Part shown: positions 1 through 9,079 of the stretch, piece after piece | How the letters are laid out: each line of letters begins with the position of its first letter | How positions within the stretch are numbered: position 1 is the first letter of the stretch | NCBI GenBank assembly: GCA_020696385.1 | Contig: JAEHCQ010000004.1 | Span: forward strand, 160,001-224,000 | Direction: 5' to 3' | DNA from: Methanobacteriota archaeon | GTDB taxonomy: Archaea > Thermoplasmatota > Thermoplasmata > SG8-5 > JAGLSY01 | DNA length: 64,000 bases | The notes under the pieces: generated by a model | The model's database searches: none | The model's input: the letters and a program-made list of their open reading frames with translations, nothing else | What the model was told of the DNA's origin: nothing | Position numbers and translations under genes: made by a program

Positions 1-340
1 TCTCGAACTCCATGAGCTTGCCGACATCATGGAGAATTCCTCCAGCTATGAGCCGATCATAATCGATCCCATACGGCATGTTGGCATAGTGCTTTTCTTG
101 AGCCTTTGCAAGTTGTAACGCGCCCTCGGTGACGGCCATCGTGTGCTCGATAAAATTCACGCCTTTGCAATCCGTCAAAAGTGTGAAGGGCATTTGCTTC
201 AGCTCGTCCACGCTCTGCCAGTTGCCTCTTTCGCAACCGATCACCCAGGCCTTGACAGTGCCTTCGCGGATGTTCTCGTCCTTTATCATTGACAGGTATG
301 GGCCAAACAATTCTTCGATATCGCTTTTGCTTATCATCAA
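1..340 (-). CDS. HD-domain (HDIG-type) phosphohydrolase, 3' end outside the window
   Basis: Not in the ORF track. Manual translation gives MISKSDIEELFG...FIEHTMAVT...GGILHDVGKLMEFE (H...HD motif), with GGAGG upstream of TTG340/ATG337. Confidence 0.8.
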   Translation of the reverse strand, partial: MMISKSDIEELFGPYLSMIKDENIREGTVKAWVIGCERGNWQSVDELKQMPFTLLTDCKGVNFIEHTMAVTEGALQLAKAQEKHYANMPYGIDYDRLIAGGILHDVGKLMEFE

Positions 341-448
341 CGTTCCTCCTTACTGGTTGGAATCAAGGGATAAATATGAATCGACTTAATGAATGTTGGT
401 ATTTGCTCTTGGATAATTGATTGAGACCTCAGGCTTCAAATCCTGAGA

Positions 449-1318
449 TCAATCAATTCCAAGTTCCTTTTCCAGCCTCTTCCAGATATCTTTTATATCA
501 CTGGCCAGCTGACCAACTGAGAACTCCACCACTGTCTTCTCATCCATCATGGCCCTGGTGGCTGTTTCATCATAGGCCAGTTTTCCAATGACATCGATGC
601 CCTCTGCCTTGCAGAATTCGATTATGTCGGCTGTGTTATCTTCATTGATATCGTATTTGTTTATGCAAGCCACTGTGGAAACCTGAAAATGTCTGGCAAC
701 CTCGATTATCCTCTTAGCATCATGTATGCCGGACAGAGTGGGCTCTATGACGATAAGAACAAGATCAACGCCAGTTATCGAAGCGATCACCGTACATCCA
801 GTTCCTGGCGGTCCATCAATGATAATGAGATCATTTCCTTCTTTCTCGGCTATTTTCCTAGCTTTTTCCCGGACCAGGGCGACCAGTTTGCCAGTTGCTT
901 CCTCGCCAGGATGCATATTCGCATGCACCATCTTTCCGAATCTGGTATCCGATACATAGGACTCGCCAGCCACCCTCTGGACCATCTTGATGGCTCCAAC
1001 TGGGCATACCAGTTCGCAGACAGCACACCCTTCGCACTTTTCGGGATGCAGGGTGTTATCAGGATCAAAAGAATCGTATCTGCAATTATCATAACACAGG
1101 CCACAATCCGTGCAGATATCATCATTCTTCTGTGCGACATTCAGTCCGTGGAAGATCTCACTGCTCTTCACCTGGGGATGAAGCAGTAGGTGCATGTCCG
1201 CGGCATCCACGTCAGCATCGACTGTGACATGGTTTTTCGCCAGTGCTGCGAAAGCGGCTGTAAGGGTGGTCTTTCCAGAACCACCCTTTCCGCTTATAAT
1301 AGTGATTTGTTTGACCAT
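449..1318 (-). CDS. MinD-superfamily P-loop ATPase with inserted 2x[4Fe-4S] ferredoxin domain
   Basis: SGKGGSGKTT, CTDCGLC...C and CEGCAVC...CP, DGPPGTGC. Confidence 0.9.
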   Translation of the reverse strand: MVKQITIISGKGGSGKTTLTAAFAALAKNHVTVDADVDAADMHLLLHPQVKSSEIFHGLNVAQKNDDICTDCGLCYDNCRYDSFDPDNTLHPEKCEGCAVCELVCPVGAIKMVQRVAGESYVSDTRFGKMVHANMHPGEEATGKLVALVREKARKIAEKEGNDLIIIDGPPGTGCTVIASITGVDLVLIVIEPTLSGIHDAKRIIEVARHFQVSTVACINKYDINEDNTADIIEFCKAEGIDVIGKLAYDETATRAMMDEKTVVEFSVGQLASDIKDIWKRLEKELGID

Positions 1319-1319
1319 A

Positions 1320-2168
1320 TCACTCCCCCCTCTGGATTTTGACGATATCTTTTATCTTATCATAAATTTCAATGAACACCTGTTTGTATTCCGGTATGCC
1401 CTCGACAATTGGAATTCCTTTCGAATACAGCCTGGCGATATCAAGGTCATTGGGTATGCTGGCTAAGAGTGGAATTCCATCCTCTTCACAGAATCTCTCC
1501 ACCCTGTCATCACCTATTCCAGCCCGATTTATCACGACCCCAAAGGGCGTTCCGATATTCTTGACTACATCCACAGCCAGCTTGAGATCATGCAATCCGA
1601 AAGGTGTTGGCTCAGTCACCAGAATGACAAAATCCGAGTCGCTCATGGCCTCCACAGCGGGGCACGCTGTACCTGGTGGGGAATCAAAGATCACTTCCTT
1701 GTCCGGAGACGCCATTTCCTTGACCGCCTTGATTATTGGAACTCCAAAAGGCTCTCCGATCTTAAGGAGACCGTGATACAGTTCCATGTCATCATTTCCA
1801 CCTTTTTCTATGATGCCCAGCACATGCTCTGTCTCGGATACTGCATCATTTGGGCATATGATCTTGCACCCACCACAGCCATGACAAAGCTCTTCGAAAA
1901 ATAGAAGCTTTTCTTTGATAACAGCTATTGCATTGTACTGGCAGAACTCCGCGCATTTCCCGCATCTGGTACACTTATTCATATCAAATACTGGCACTGG
2001 AATTCCAACCTCTCTGACCTTCTCCATGGGCTCCTTGAAGAATAGGTGGCAATTTGGCTCCTCCACATCACAATCAATGAGCATGGTATCACCCATGCTC
2101 AATGCGAGGTTGACTGATATGGTGGTCTTACCAGTTCCACCCTTACCACTGGCTACGGATATTTTCAT
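1320..2168 (-). CDS. MinD-superfamily P-loop ATPase with ferredoxin insert (paralogue)
   Basis: MKISVASGKGGTGKTT, CTRCGKC, CHGCGGC, DSPPGTAC, EPTPFGLHDL; start refined to ATG 2168. Confidence 0.9.
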   Translation of the reverse strand: MKISVASGKGGTGKTTISVNLALSMGDTMLIDCDVEEPNCHLFFKEPMEKVREVGIPVPVFDMNKCTRCGKCAEFCQYNAIAVIKEKLLFFEELCHGCGGCKIICPNDAVSETEHVLGIIEKGGNDDMELYHGLLKIGEPFGVPIIKAVKEMASPDKEVIFDSPPGTACPAVEAMSDSDFVILVTEPTPFGLHDLKLAVDVVKNIGTPFGVVINRAGIGDDRVERFCEEDGIPLLASIPNDLDIARLYSKGIPIVEGIPEYKQVFIEIYDKIKDIVKIQRGE

Positions 2169-2194
2169 TGTATCACACTTCAGATCCACTCAGC

Positions 2195-2611
2195 CTAATT
2201 GCCGCATCCTCCGCTGTGATCATGACCTTCTCCATCGCCATGCCCTTCGCCACGGAAGGCATGCTGGTCACAGGCCGTGTCCTTGGTGGCCTGTTCGAGC
2301 GAATTGTTTTCCCAGGAACTTATGGCATCCTTGATGGTGCCAGTAGCTCCCATGTAAACACAGATACCGGCTTCCTCGAACATCTGGATCGCTCTTTTTC
2401 CAAGACCACCGCAGAGCATGATGTCCACACCCAGTTTCGCTATGTTCTCGGCGGGATAGCCGGAGCCCCCTGTATGGGAACTATCGTTCGGCACTGCTTT
2501 AATGTCCTTGGTATCGCTATCATAAATGGTATAAATGGGTACTCGGCCAAAATGCTCGCCCACTTGCTCATCTAATCCTCTATTGCCCATTGATGGAATA
2601 CATATTTTCAT
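2195..2611 (-). CDS. NifB/NifX-family (FeMo-cofactor-binding fold) protein
   Basis: MKICIP...EHFGR...LCGGLG; His/Gly/Cys-rich tail. Confidence 0.85.
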   Translation of the reverse strand: MKICIPSMGNRGLDEQVGEHFGRVPIYTIYDSDTKDIKAVPNDSSHTGGSGYPAENIAKLGVDIMLCGGLGKRAIQMFEEAGICVYMGATGTIKDAISSWENNSLEQATKDTACDQHAFRGEGHGDGEGHDHSGGCGN

Positions 2612-2625
2612 TTTGAAATCCTCCT

Positions 2626-3000
2626 TTATCTTCTACCGCCCATGCCATTATGTGAGCCAACATTGGCCCCGGCAGCCTCCTCCAGTTCTCCATTCTTGAA
2701 TTTATGTATCATGTCCTTGATCATTCCATTGGAACCTGTGAGTATCCTTATGCCAGCAGCCTCAAGGGCCGAGTAGGCATTGGGTCCCACATTCCCCGTG
2801 ACCAGCACGTCAACATCCTTATTGGATATTGTCTGTGCTGCTTGTGGTCCAGCTCCTCCACTGGCATTCGCACTCTCATTGCTCACTGCCTCGAACTCCA
2901 TTGTGTCTGGGTCAACGATAAGGAAATACTCGCATCTTCCAAACCTGGTGTCCACTTCAGCTTCAAGGTCCTTGCCTTTTGACGTCATTGCTATTTTCAT
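2626..3000 (-). CDS. NifB/NifX-family protein (orange-protein-like)
   Basis: RFGRCEYF...GGAGPQAAQ...TGNVGPNA. Confidence 0.9.
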   Translation of the reverse strand: MKIAMTSKGKDLEAEVDTRFGRCEYFLIVDPDTMEFEAVSNESANASGGAGPQAAQTISNKDVDVLVTGNVGPNAYSALEAAGIRILTGSNGMIKDMIHKFKNGELEEAAGANVGSHNGMGGRR

Positions 3001-3004
3001 TGTA

Positions 3005-4342
3005 TCATCTCATGTTCTTTATCGCATTCTCGGATGCATTCACCAACTGGTAGGCTATTGGCGATGCTGTGACTGCTGGATGTGTTCCGATCTGGAAAGT
3101 GGCCAGATCATCAAAGGTCATCTTCTTCTGAATACATGCGCTCACGGTGTTTATCAATTCTCCAGCACTGGGGCCTCCTCGTATCTGGCCTCCAATTAAT
3201 TCACCAGTTCTTTTATTGAATGTTAATTTGACCTTCATCTTCGACATGCCGGGCATTCCACCAGGATGTCTGTTTGGAGCTTCTGCCTCTCCACATGTTA
3301 TCTCATAACCTCTTTCTTTTGCAAGACCCTCTGTCAATCCCGCCATAGCAAATACCTTGTCACCAATGGCCGTTGAGAATACTCCCACAGCTCCGTAATT
3401 GTGCCTTCTTGGGCTGAAAAGATTTGCTCCGGCTATCCTGGCTTCCATTGTCGCTATTGATGCCAGTCTTAATCCGATCTGCCTTCCAGTGAAGAAGGAT
3501 GTCTTGTTTGTACAATCCCCGCAAGCGAAGATATTGTCATCCGAGGTTCTCATATTGTTGTCCACAACTATCCCTCCCCGGTTCACATCAAGGCCAGCAT
3601 CCGCTGCTAATTTTGAATTTGGCTTTACACCAACTCCCACTATCAAAAGATCTGCCTTCAATTCCTGGCCATTTGATAATCTGACGCTGGAAATCGACTC
3701 GTTTCCATTTACCTCTTCAAGCTTGACACCTGTTATGATGTTCACGCCTCTTTCCTTCAGAACCTCTTCGGCCTCGATACACAGGTCTTCTTCGAAGGCC
3801 AGCATCAGGCAATGTGGCATAAGCTCGACAATTGTCACGTTCGCATCTCTGTTCTTCTTACATTCATCAGCGAACTCGACACCGATGAACCCACCACCCA
3901 GTATCACGATGTCCTTTGCATCGTTCACTGCATCCAGCATCTTATTGAGGTGGTTCACTTCTTTTTTCACGGTGAAGACGTTTTTCTTATCCAGTCCCGG
4001 TATAGGTAGATCAAGGGGCTCAGAGCCAACAGCCATTACAAGTTTGTCATATCCCACTTTTTCACCATTGCCAGTGCTTACTATTTTCTGTGTTTTGTCT
4101 ATGGAATTTACTTCGTCTATCAATAGCTCTATTTCATTGTTGGACAGAACACCATCAGGTATCATATTGTTGTCAGGGGAATTCACGGTCCCATAGATAT
4201 AGGGAATACCGCAGGGTATCTGGACCTGCTTCTCCTTCCTTATCAACATCACATTCTTTTCTGGATAATGTCTACGGCAAGTTATGGCCGCGGGTATTCC
4301 AGCTGCGCTCCCTCCGATAACTACTACGTCTGTTTGTTTCAT
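3005..4342 (-). CDS. FAD-dependent pyridine nucleotide-disulfide oxidoreductase (NADH oxidase/CoA-disulfide reductase family)
   Basis: VIGGSAAG, single-Cys PCGIPY, GGGFIGVE, FACGDC; start refined to ATG 4342. Confidence 0.85.
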   Translation of the reverse strand: MKQTDVVVIGGSAAGIPAAITCRRHYPEKNVMLIRKEKQVQIPCGIPYIYGTVNSPDNNMIPDGVLSNNEIELLIDEVNSIDKTQKIVSTGNGEKVGYDKLVMAVGSEPLDLPIPGLDKKNVFTVKKEVNHLNKMLDAVNDAKDIVILGGGFIGVEFADECKKNRDANVTIVELMPHCLMLAFEEDLCIEAEEVLKERGVNIITGVKLEEVNGNESISSVRLSNGQELKADLLIVGVGVKPNSKLAADAGLDVNRGGIVVDNNMRTSDDNIFACGDCTNKTSFFTGRQIGLRLASIATMEARIAGANLFSPRRHNYGAVGVFSTAIGDKVFAMAGLTEGLAKERGYEITCGEAEAPNRHPGGMPGMSKMKVKLTFNKRTGELIGGQIRGGPSAGELINTVSACIQKKMTFDDLATFQIGTHPAVTASPIAYQLVNASENAIKNMR

Positions 4343-4443
4343 CCATCTAACCTTCTTAACGATTTTTAACACTGTTATTAACAGCGTTACGTACAATGGC
4401 CGATGGCTTATAAAACCCACGGATAATGATTGTTAATTTTCAA

Positions 4444-5271
4444 TTATTTCCTCGAATCTTCAATGTTCTTGATTATATCCATAAAGGCTTTGGCAGAATC
4501 CGTGTTACCCTGAACAACTGGATTGCCCGAATCACCCATGATCACCATCTGTGGATCAATAGGGATCGCTCCCAAGAAAGTGATATTCATTTCCTTTGCC
4601 GTTCTCTCACCGCCACCCTTCTTGAACAGGTCGATAGTCTCGTCACAATGAGGACATTTGAAACCACTCATGTTCTCGATTATCCCGAGAACCGGCATCT
4701 TCAGATTATGGGCGAAGTTCACGGATTTTCTGGAATCTAATAAGGCCACATCCTGAGGTGTTGAGACGATGATCGCCTCGGCCTGTGGGATCTTCTGGGC
4801 AATACTCAGAGGCTCGTCACCGGTTCCTGGTGGAAGATCCACGACCAGATAATCCAATTCACCCCAATTAAAATCTCCCAAGAATTGGTCAATAAGCTGC
4901 ATCTTCATAGCCCCTCTCCAGATGACTGGCGCATCTTTGTCTGGAAGTAGGAAGGCCATGGACAGCACGCTGAGATTATCGGATACTTTGATGGGCTTCA
5001 GAGTTTCATCATCCAGTTCCAGCACCCTGTCTTCGATGCCCAGCATCTTTGGAACATTGGGTCCGTGAATATCAACATCCATAAGACCGACCTTATAGCC
5101 TTCGTCTGCAAGACCTGCAGCCAGGTTCACGGCCACCGTGGTCTTTCCAACCCCACCTTTGCCGCTCATTATTATCAGCTTGTTCTTGATCTTGCTGATA
5201 TTGTACATTATTCTTGCATTCAGTTCCGCTGCTTCCTTATTGGGCGCGCCCATACCACATGATTCTGCCAT
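4444..5271 (-). CDS. mrp: Mrp/NBP35 Fe-S cluster carrier ATPase
   Basis: [39 protein letters not shown]; start refined to ATG 5271 after GGAGG. Confidence 0.92.
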   Translation of the reverse strand: MAESCGMGAPNKEAAELNARIMYNISKIKNKLIIMSGKGGVGKTTVAVNLAAGLADEGYKVGLMDVDIHGPNVPKMLGIEDRVLELDDETLKPIKVSDNLSVLSMAFLLPDKDAPVIWRGAMKMQLIDQFLGDFNWGELDYLVVDLPPGTGDEPLSIAQKIPQAEAIIVSTPQDVALLDSRKSVNFAHNLKMPVLGIIENMSGFKCPHCDETIDLFKKGGGERTAKEMNITFLGAIPIDPQMVIMGDSGNPVVQGNTDSAKAFMDIIKNIEDSRK

Positions 5272-5373
5272 TTTCCAATCCTCCATGATACATTTGAGTA
5301 TACCTGGTATCAACCCGTCAAAGTATTTATTATTATAACCTTAACGGCATTAACAATACTAAATAATAATTTT

Positions 5374-5420
5374 TTTAAAAAAATAAAATGCGGGGTCGAC
5401 CATCATTCGGTCGATCCCAT
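5374..5420 (-). terminator. Hairpin plus T-tract after the DUF5320 gene
   Basis: On the minus strand GGGATCGACC...GGTCGACCCC is followed by ATTTTATTTTTT. Confidence 0.55.
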
Positions 5421-5618
5421 TCTGCGCAGACCTCTGCCGCGTCCTCTTCCGGTTCCACATCCAGCTCCACGACCACTGCGGTTTCCACCGCCACGGCCCA
5501 TGCCCATCCTTCCTTCTGGATTGGCACATCCTGGTGCTTCGCTTCCTGTGCAGTATCCCATACCGCGACCGGTCTTCGGCCCCTGGCCTTCTGGTCCTGT
5601 CTTGTTTCCTCTTGGTAT
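5403..5618 (-). CDS. DUF5320-like small Gly/Arg-rich protein (71 aa), apparent AUA start
   Basis: (M)PRGNKTGPEGQGPKTGRGMGYC...GRGRGRG follows GGAGGTGA; not in the ORF track; usual neighbour of DUF134/Mrp. Confidence 0.8.
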   Translation of the reverse strand: MPRGNKTGPEGQGPKTGRGMGYCTGSEAPGCANPEGRMGMGRGGGNRSGRGAGCGTGRGRGRGLRRMGSTE

Positions 5619-5638
5619 CTTCTCACCTCCTTTTTCTT

Positions 5639-6040
5639 TTATTCCTCTGCTTGGGTCGAACGCCTTCTTCCGCGTCCCCTGCGACGACCTGGGAACTGGT
5701 CATCCATTTCCTTGTCGTCCATCTCCCCCACAATGGAATAGGAGCCACCGTCTATCCTTATCGCACAGCCATTGACCAGTGCGAAGGCAATTTTCTGTCT
5801 AGCTTCCATTAGATCGTTCCAGAATGTCCTTCTGGACACGCCCATCTCCATCGAGGCTTCTTCCTGGGTAAGTCCCTCTATGTCTGTGAGTCTCAGTGCT
5901 TCGACCTCTACAACGGTCAAGATCACTATCCTCATATCATCACGAGAGACACCTGCAGGACTGAAGAAAGTGGTCTCTGGTACATTACTCACCCATCTTG
6001 GGTTTCGTCCTCTACCTCGTCCACGTCCTTTTCCAGGCAT
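5639..6040 (-). CDS. DUF134 family predicted DNA-binding protein
   Basis: EALRLTDIEGLTQEEASMEMGVSRRTF...ARQKIAFALVNG; ATG 6040 lies about 25 nt after a TTATATA box. Confidence 0.88.
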   Translation of the reverse strand: MPGKGRGRGRGRNPRWVSNVPETTFFSPAGVSRDDMRIVILTVVEVEALRLTDIEGLTQEEASMEMGVSRRTFWNDLMEARQKIAFALVNGCAIRIDGGSYSIVGEMDDKEMDDQFPGRRRGRGRRRSTQAEE

Positions 6041-6124
6041 AATATTACATATATGAGAAGAAATATATAAACTTATCGGCATATTTGAGCAATTAAGAAT
6101 CAATATTGCTAGATCGCAGACGAT

Positions 6125-9022
6125 CTATTTTTCTAGTTCATCAAGCTCTTTCTGAACTTTATCAATATTTATTTGATCGCCCATTTTTTCATATTTTTCT
6201 TTGGACATATTTAAAAATTCAATAGACTGGCTCTTATCACCTTTCTTTTTCCACAAGAGGCCGAAATTATAGTAAAGGTCGGAGAGTTGATTGTGTTCGA
6301 GCTCTTCCATGATCTCTCGAGACATCTGTAGGTTCTCTTCTGATGTGTCCAGGTCATCCTGGGCCATGTATGCTGTACCAAGATTGAGATAGCTCATCCC
6401 CATGCCATCCTTGGTCTTGATCTCCTGGGAGACTTCCAAGGCGAGCTTGGCATTTTCCAGGGCATTATCTAGCTTACCCGATTTCAAATTCAATTCGCAC
6501 AGCCCGTTATAGCAGTAAATTATGATATATTTAAAGTCATATTTCAAGCAGATGTCCTTTGCTTCGGTCGTTATCTCAATGGCACGTTCGAACTCTTCTT
6601 TTATGTAATAGGCAACATTCATATTGACAAGAGAAATGGCCGCCCCTCGCATATCTCCTATCTGCTTCTCGATGCTCACACTCTGTTCAAGATAGGGAAT
6701 TGCATTATCCGCCTCTCCTCTTCCAAGATATACCGATCCAATATTGGCCAGGGTATTTGCTTCGCCCATCTTATTTCCAAGTTTCTTGGCAACCTCAATT
6801 GCTATTTCATAATATTCAAGGGCTTCCTTGTATTCACCCTTTCTGGCATACACATTCCCAATATTGTTTACGGTTGCTGATTCTCCAGATATATCGTTTA
6901 CCTCTCTTCGATGATCCAATGCCTTCTGTAGATTATTCAATGCCCCGTCGTAGTCTCCTTGATACAGAAGGGTCGATCCTAAGATGTGGTATATCCTCCC
7001 CAGCTCCCATTTATTCTTCAGTTTGTCAGCTATATCCAGGCTCTTTTTAAGTATGGACTTTGCCTCATCATAATCTCCCTTTCTCATTTCAATATTACCA
7101 AGGGTGGTGTACAGTTTCGTTTTTTCAATGCTGATATTGTCTGGTAGTAGTGAAAGTCCGATATTGCACTCATCCTTTCCACTATCGAACTCGCTCTTCT
7201 TCTCGAACACGTCAGCGATCTTCCTGTGGACATTCGCCCTGTGGCTGACATCATCTGATGCTTCACTAACCGCTCTGTATATACCGATAGAATCATCGAA
7301 ATCCCCGGTGACAGAATAAAGGTCACCAAGTCTTTCTTGCAAATTTATACTGGGTGTGTAATTCCTCATGGTGCTAATGGCCAGTGCTTTTCTGTAGAAC
7401 TCGATGGCCTGTTCAGGAGCGAATGTGCTCTCGGCTTTCTCTCCGGCCTTTATACAATAATCCAAAGCCTTTCTATGCTCATTGCTATTCGCAAAATGTC
7501 TGGCAAGATCATACAATACATCATCAACCCTGCTCTTGTAGGCCGATTCATAATATTCCCCAATGCTTTTGTGGTATGCCATTTTCCATCGATCAGTCAT
7601 GCTATTATACGTAACATTATGAAAAATAGCATGCGTAAATTCAGCATTCTCCTTGTCTATGACTATTATGCCAGAACTTTCAAGATTGCTGAGTGCCATT
7701 CGAGGGTCAACGATGGAGGGCAGGGAGCATACGACATCGCAATTGAACTCCTTTCCCATGCAGGAAGCGTATTCCGCAAGGGTCATGGCATCCAGATCCA
7801 GGCTCTGAAGCCTCTGGTGAACCACCCCCTCGACCGAGCTGGGTATGTTAATGCTAACTCTTTCCAGAACATAAGTGCCGTTTGATTCACTTATGTCTCC
7901 CTCCTCTTCCATATGCCAGAGTATCTCTTTCACAAAGAGGGGATTGCCCTCGCACTGTGATGAAAGATCTTCATAAAATGTTGATGGGAAGGAATTTTCA
8001 GGATAGAGATCATTCATAATGGAGGTTATACCATCACTGCCCAATCTGTCAAGTGCCAGTTCAGATATGGTCCCCTCTTCCTTCATTATCTTAAGCTTCG
8101 CCTCGAATGCTTCACCCTCTGCAGGTCTGGATGTTCCCACAATGAGGATATTTTCAAGTCCCACATTCCGAGCAAGATAGTTGAGAACGAAGAGAGATGA
8201 TTCATCCGCCCAGTGCAGATCCTCCAGGATAAGAAGTAATGGTTTTTCCTGTGTTCGAGCCTGCAAGGATGCCAGCACCTCATCCGCGATCCTTATCCTT
8301 TCATCATCCAGGTTGATGTTCTCTATGTCTCGACGCACCATGAATTTCGACTCGGCCAATAGCGTGATCTCATCCTGAACCTGCTTCATCTCGCCCATGC
8401 TTCCTGACCAATCTTTAAAGATCTGGTCATCCGCCTCGACGATCTCAAGGCAGATCTTCAGGGACGTTCTCATATCATTGTGTTCCGAACCCTTGAAGAC
8501 CGCGGTGAGAAATAAATGCTCTCCATGCTCGATCAATATGGTCATGTCCCCGTATTCCAGACGGCCAAGCCCTGATCTTTTATTGCCGGCATTGACGAAT
8601 GAGTCTCTTATGAAACCCTGTACCGCGGAAAGCATGCCTGCGAAAATATCTGCATCCATATCCCCTTCACCGGAGGATGCTTGGCCAACCAATAACCCCG
8701 CACTATCTACTGCAAAGATCTCTGTGAACTTTGTATATTCCTGATCTTGAAATAGAGATGAATCATCTCCCAATGCCTTTGAGAATATCTGAAATGGTAT
8801 CAGGGAATCTTCGCTTGCTGAGCCAGAAAGTATATCCATATTTTCATTACTGGCAATGGAGATCAATTCCTCAATAAGTCGGGTCTTACCGATCCCAGCT
8901 TCCCCCGATATCAGGATAGTGCTCCCAGAGCCTGCAGTCATATCATCCAAGCACTGCTGGAGCTGACCCATTTCGATTTCTCTTCCAAACAGCCCTCGAT
9001 CTAATGTTGGGTGATCTAACAT
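6125..9022 (-). CDS. STAND-type AAA ATPase with inserted longin/roadblock-like domain and C-terminal TPRs
   Basis: GEAGIGKT, LILEDLHWAD, EGNPLFVKE, many TPR repeats. Confidence 0.85.
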   Translation of the reverse strand: MLDHPTLDRGLFGREIEMGQLQQCLDDMTAGSGSTILISGEAGIGKTRLIEELISIASNENMDILSGSASEDSLIPFQIFSKALGDDSSLFQDQEYTKFTEIFAVDSAGLLVGQASSGEGDMDADIFAGMLSAVQGFIRDSFVNAGNKRSGLGRLEYGDMTILIEHGEHLFLTAVFKGSEHNDMRTSLKICLEIVEADDQIFKDWSGSMGEMKQVQDEITLLAESKFMVRRDIENINLDDERIRIADEVLASLQARTQEKPLLLILEDLHWADESSLFVLNYLARNVGLENILIVGTSRPAEGEAFEAKLKIMKEEGTISELALDRLGSDGITSIMNDLYPENSFPSTFYEDLSSQCEGNPLFVKEILWHMEEEGDISESNGTYVLERVSINIPSSVEGVVHQRLQSLDLDAMTLAEYASCMGKEFNCDVVCSLPSIVDPRMALSNLESSGIIVIDKENAEFTHAIFHNVTYNSMTDRWKMAYHKSIGEYYESAYKSRVDDVLYDLARHFANSNEHRKALDYCIKAGEKAESTFAPEQAIEFYRKALAISTMRNYTPSINLQERLGDLYSVTGDFDDSIGIYRAVSEASDDVSHRANVHRKIADVFEKKSEFDSGKDECNIGLSLLPDNISIEKTKLYTTLGNIEMRKGDYDEAKSILKKSLDIADKLKNKWELGRIYHILGSTLLYQGDYDGALNNLQKALDHRREVNDISGESATVNNIGNVYARKGEYKEALEYYEIAIEVAKKLGNKMGEANTLANIGSVYLGRGEADNAIPYLEQSVSIEKQIGDMRGAAISLVNMNVAYYIKEEFERAIEITTEAKDICLKYDFKYIIIYCYNGLCELNLKSGKLDNALENAKLALEVSQEIKTKDGMGMSYLNLGTAYMAQDDLDTSEENLQMSREIMEELEHNQLSDLYYNFGLLWKKKGDKSQSIEFLNMSKEKYEKMGDQINIDKVQKELDELEK

Positions 9023-9079
9023 AGATTAACGTAATTGAAATTATACTTCATTAACGTTTGTACATTTCAACCATTGTGA

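Noticed and set aside
2195-3000. NifX-like genes as a sign of nitrogen fixation
   Set aside because: There is no nifHDK; this DUF134/Mrp/NifX/MinD-ferredoxin cluster is common in anaerobes.
5375-5626. 83-aa ORF MRRYQEET in the ORF track
   Set aside because: It is a shadow frame; the overlapping frame gives a recognisable DUF5320-like peptide.
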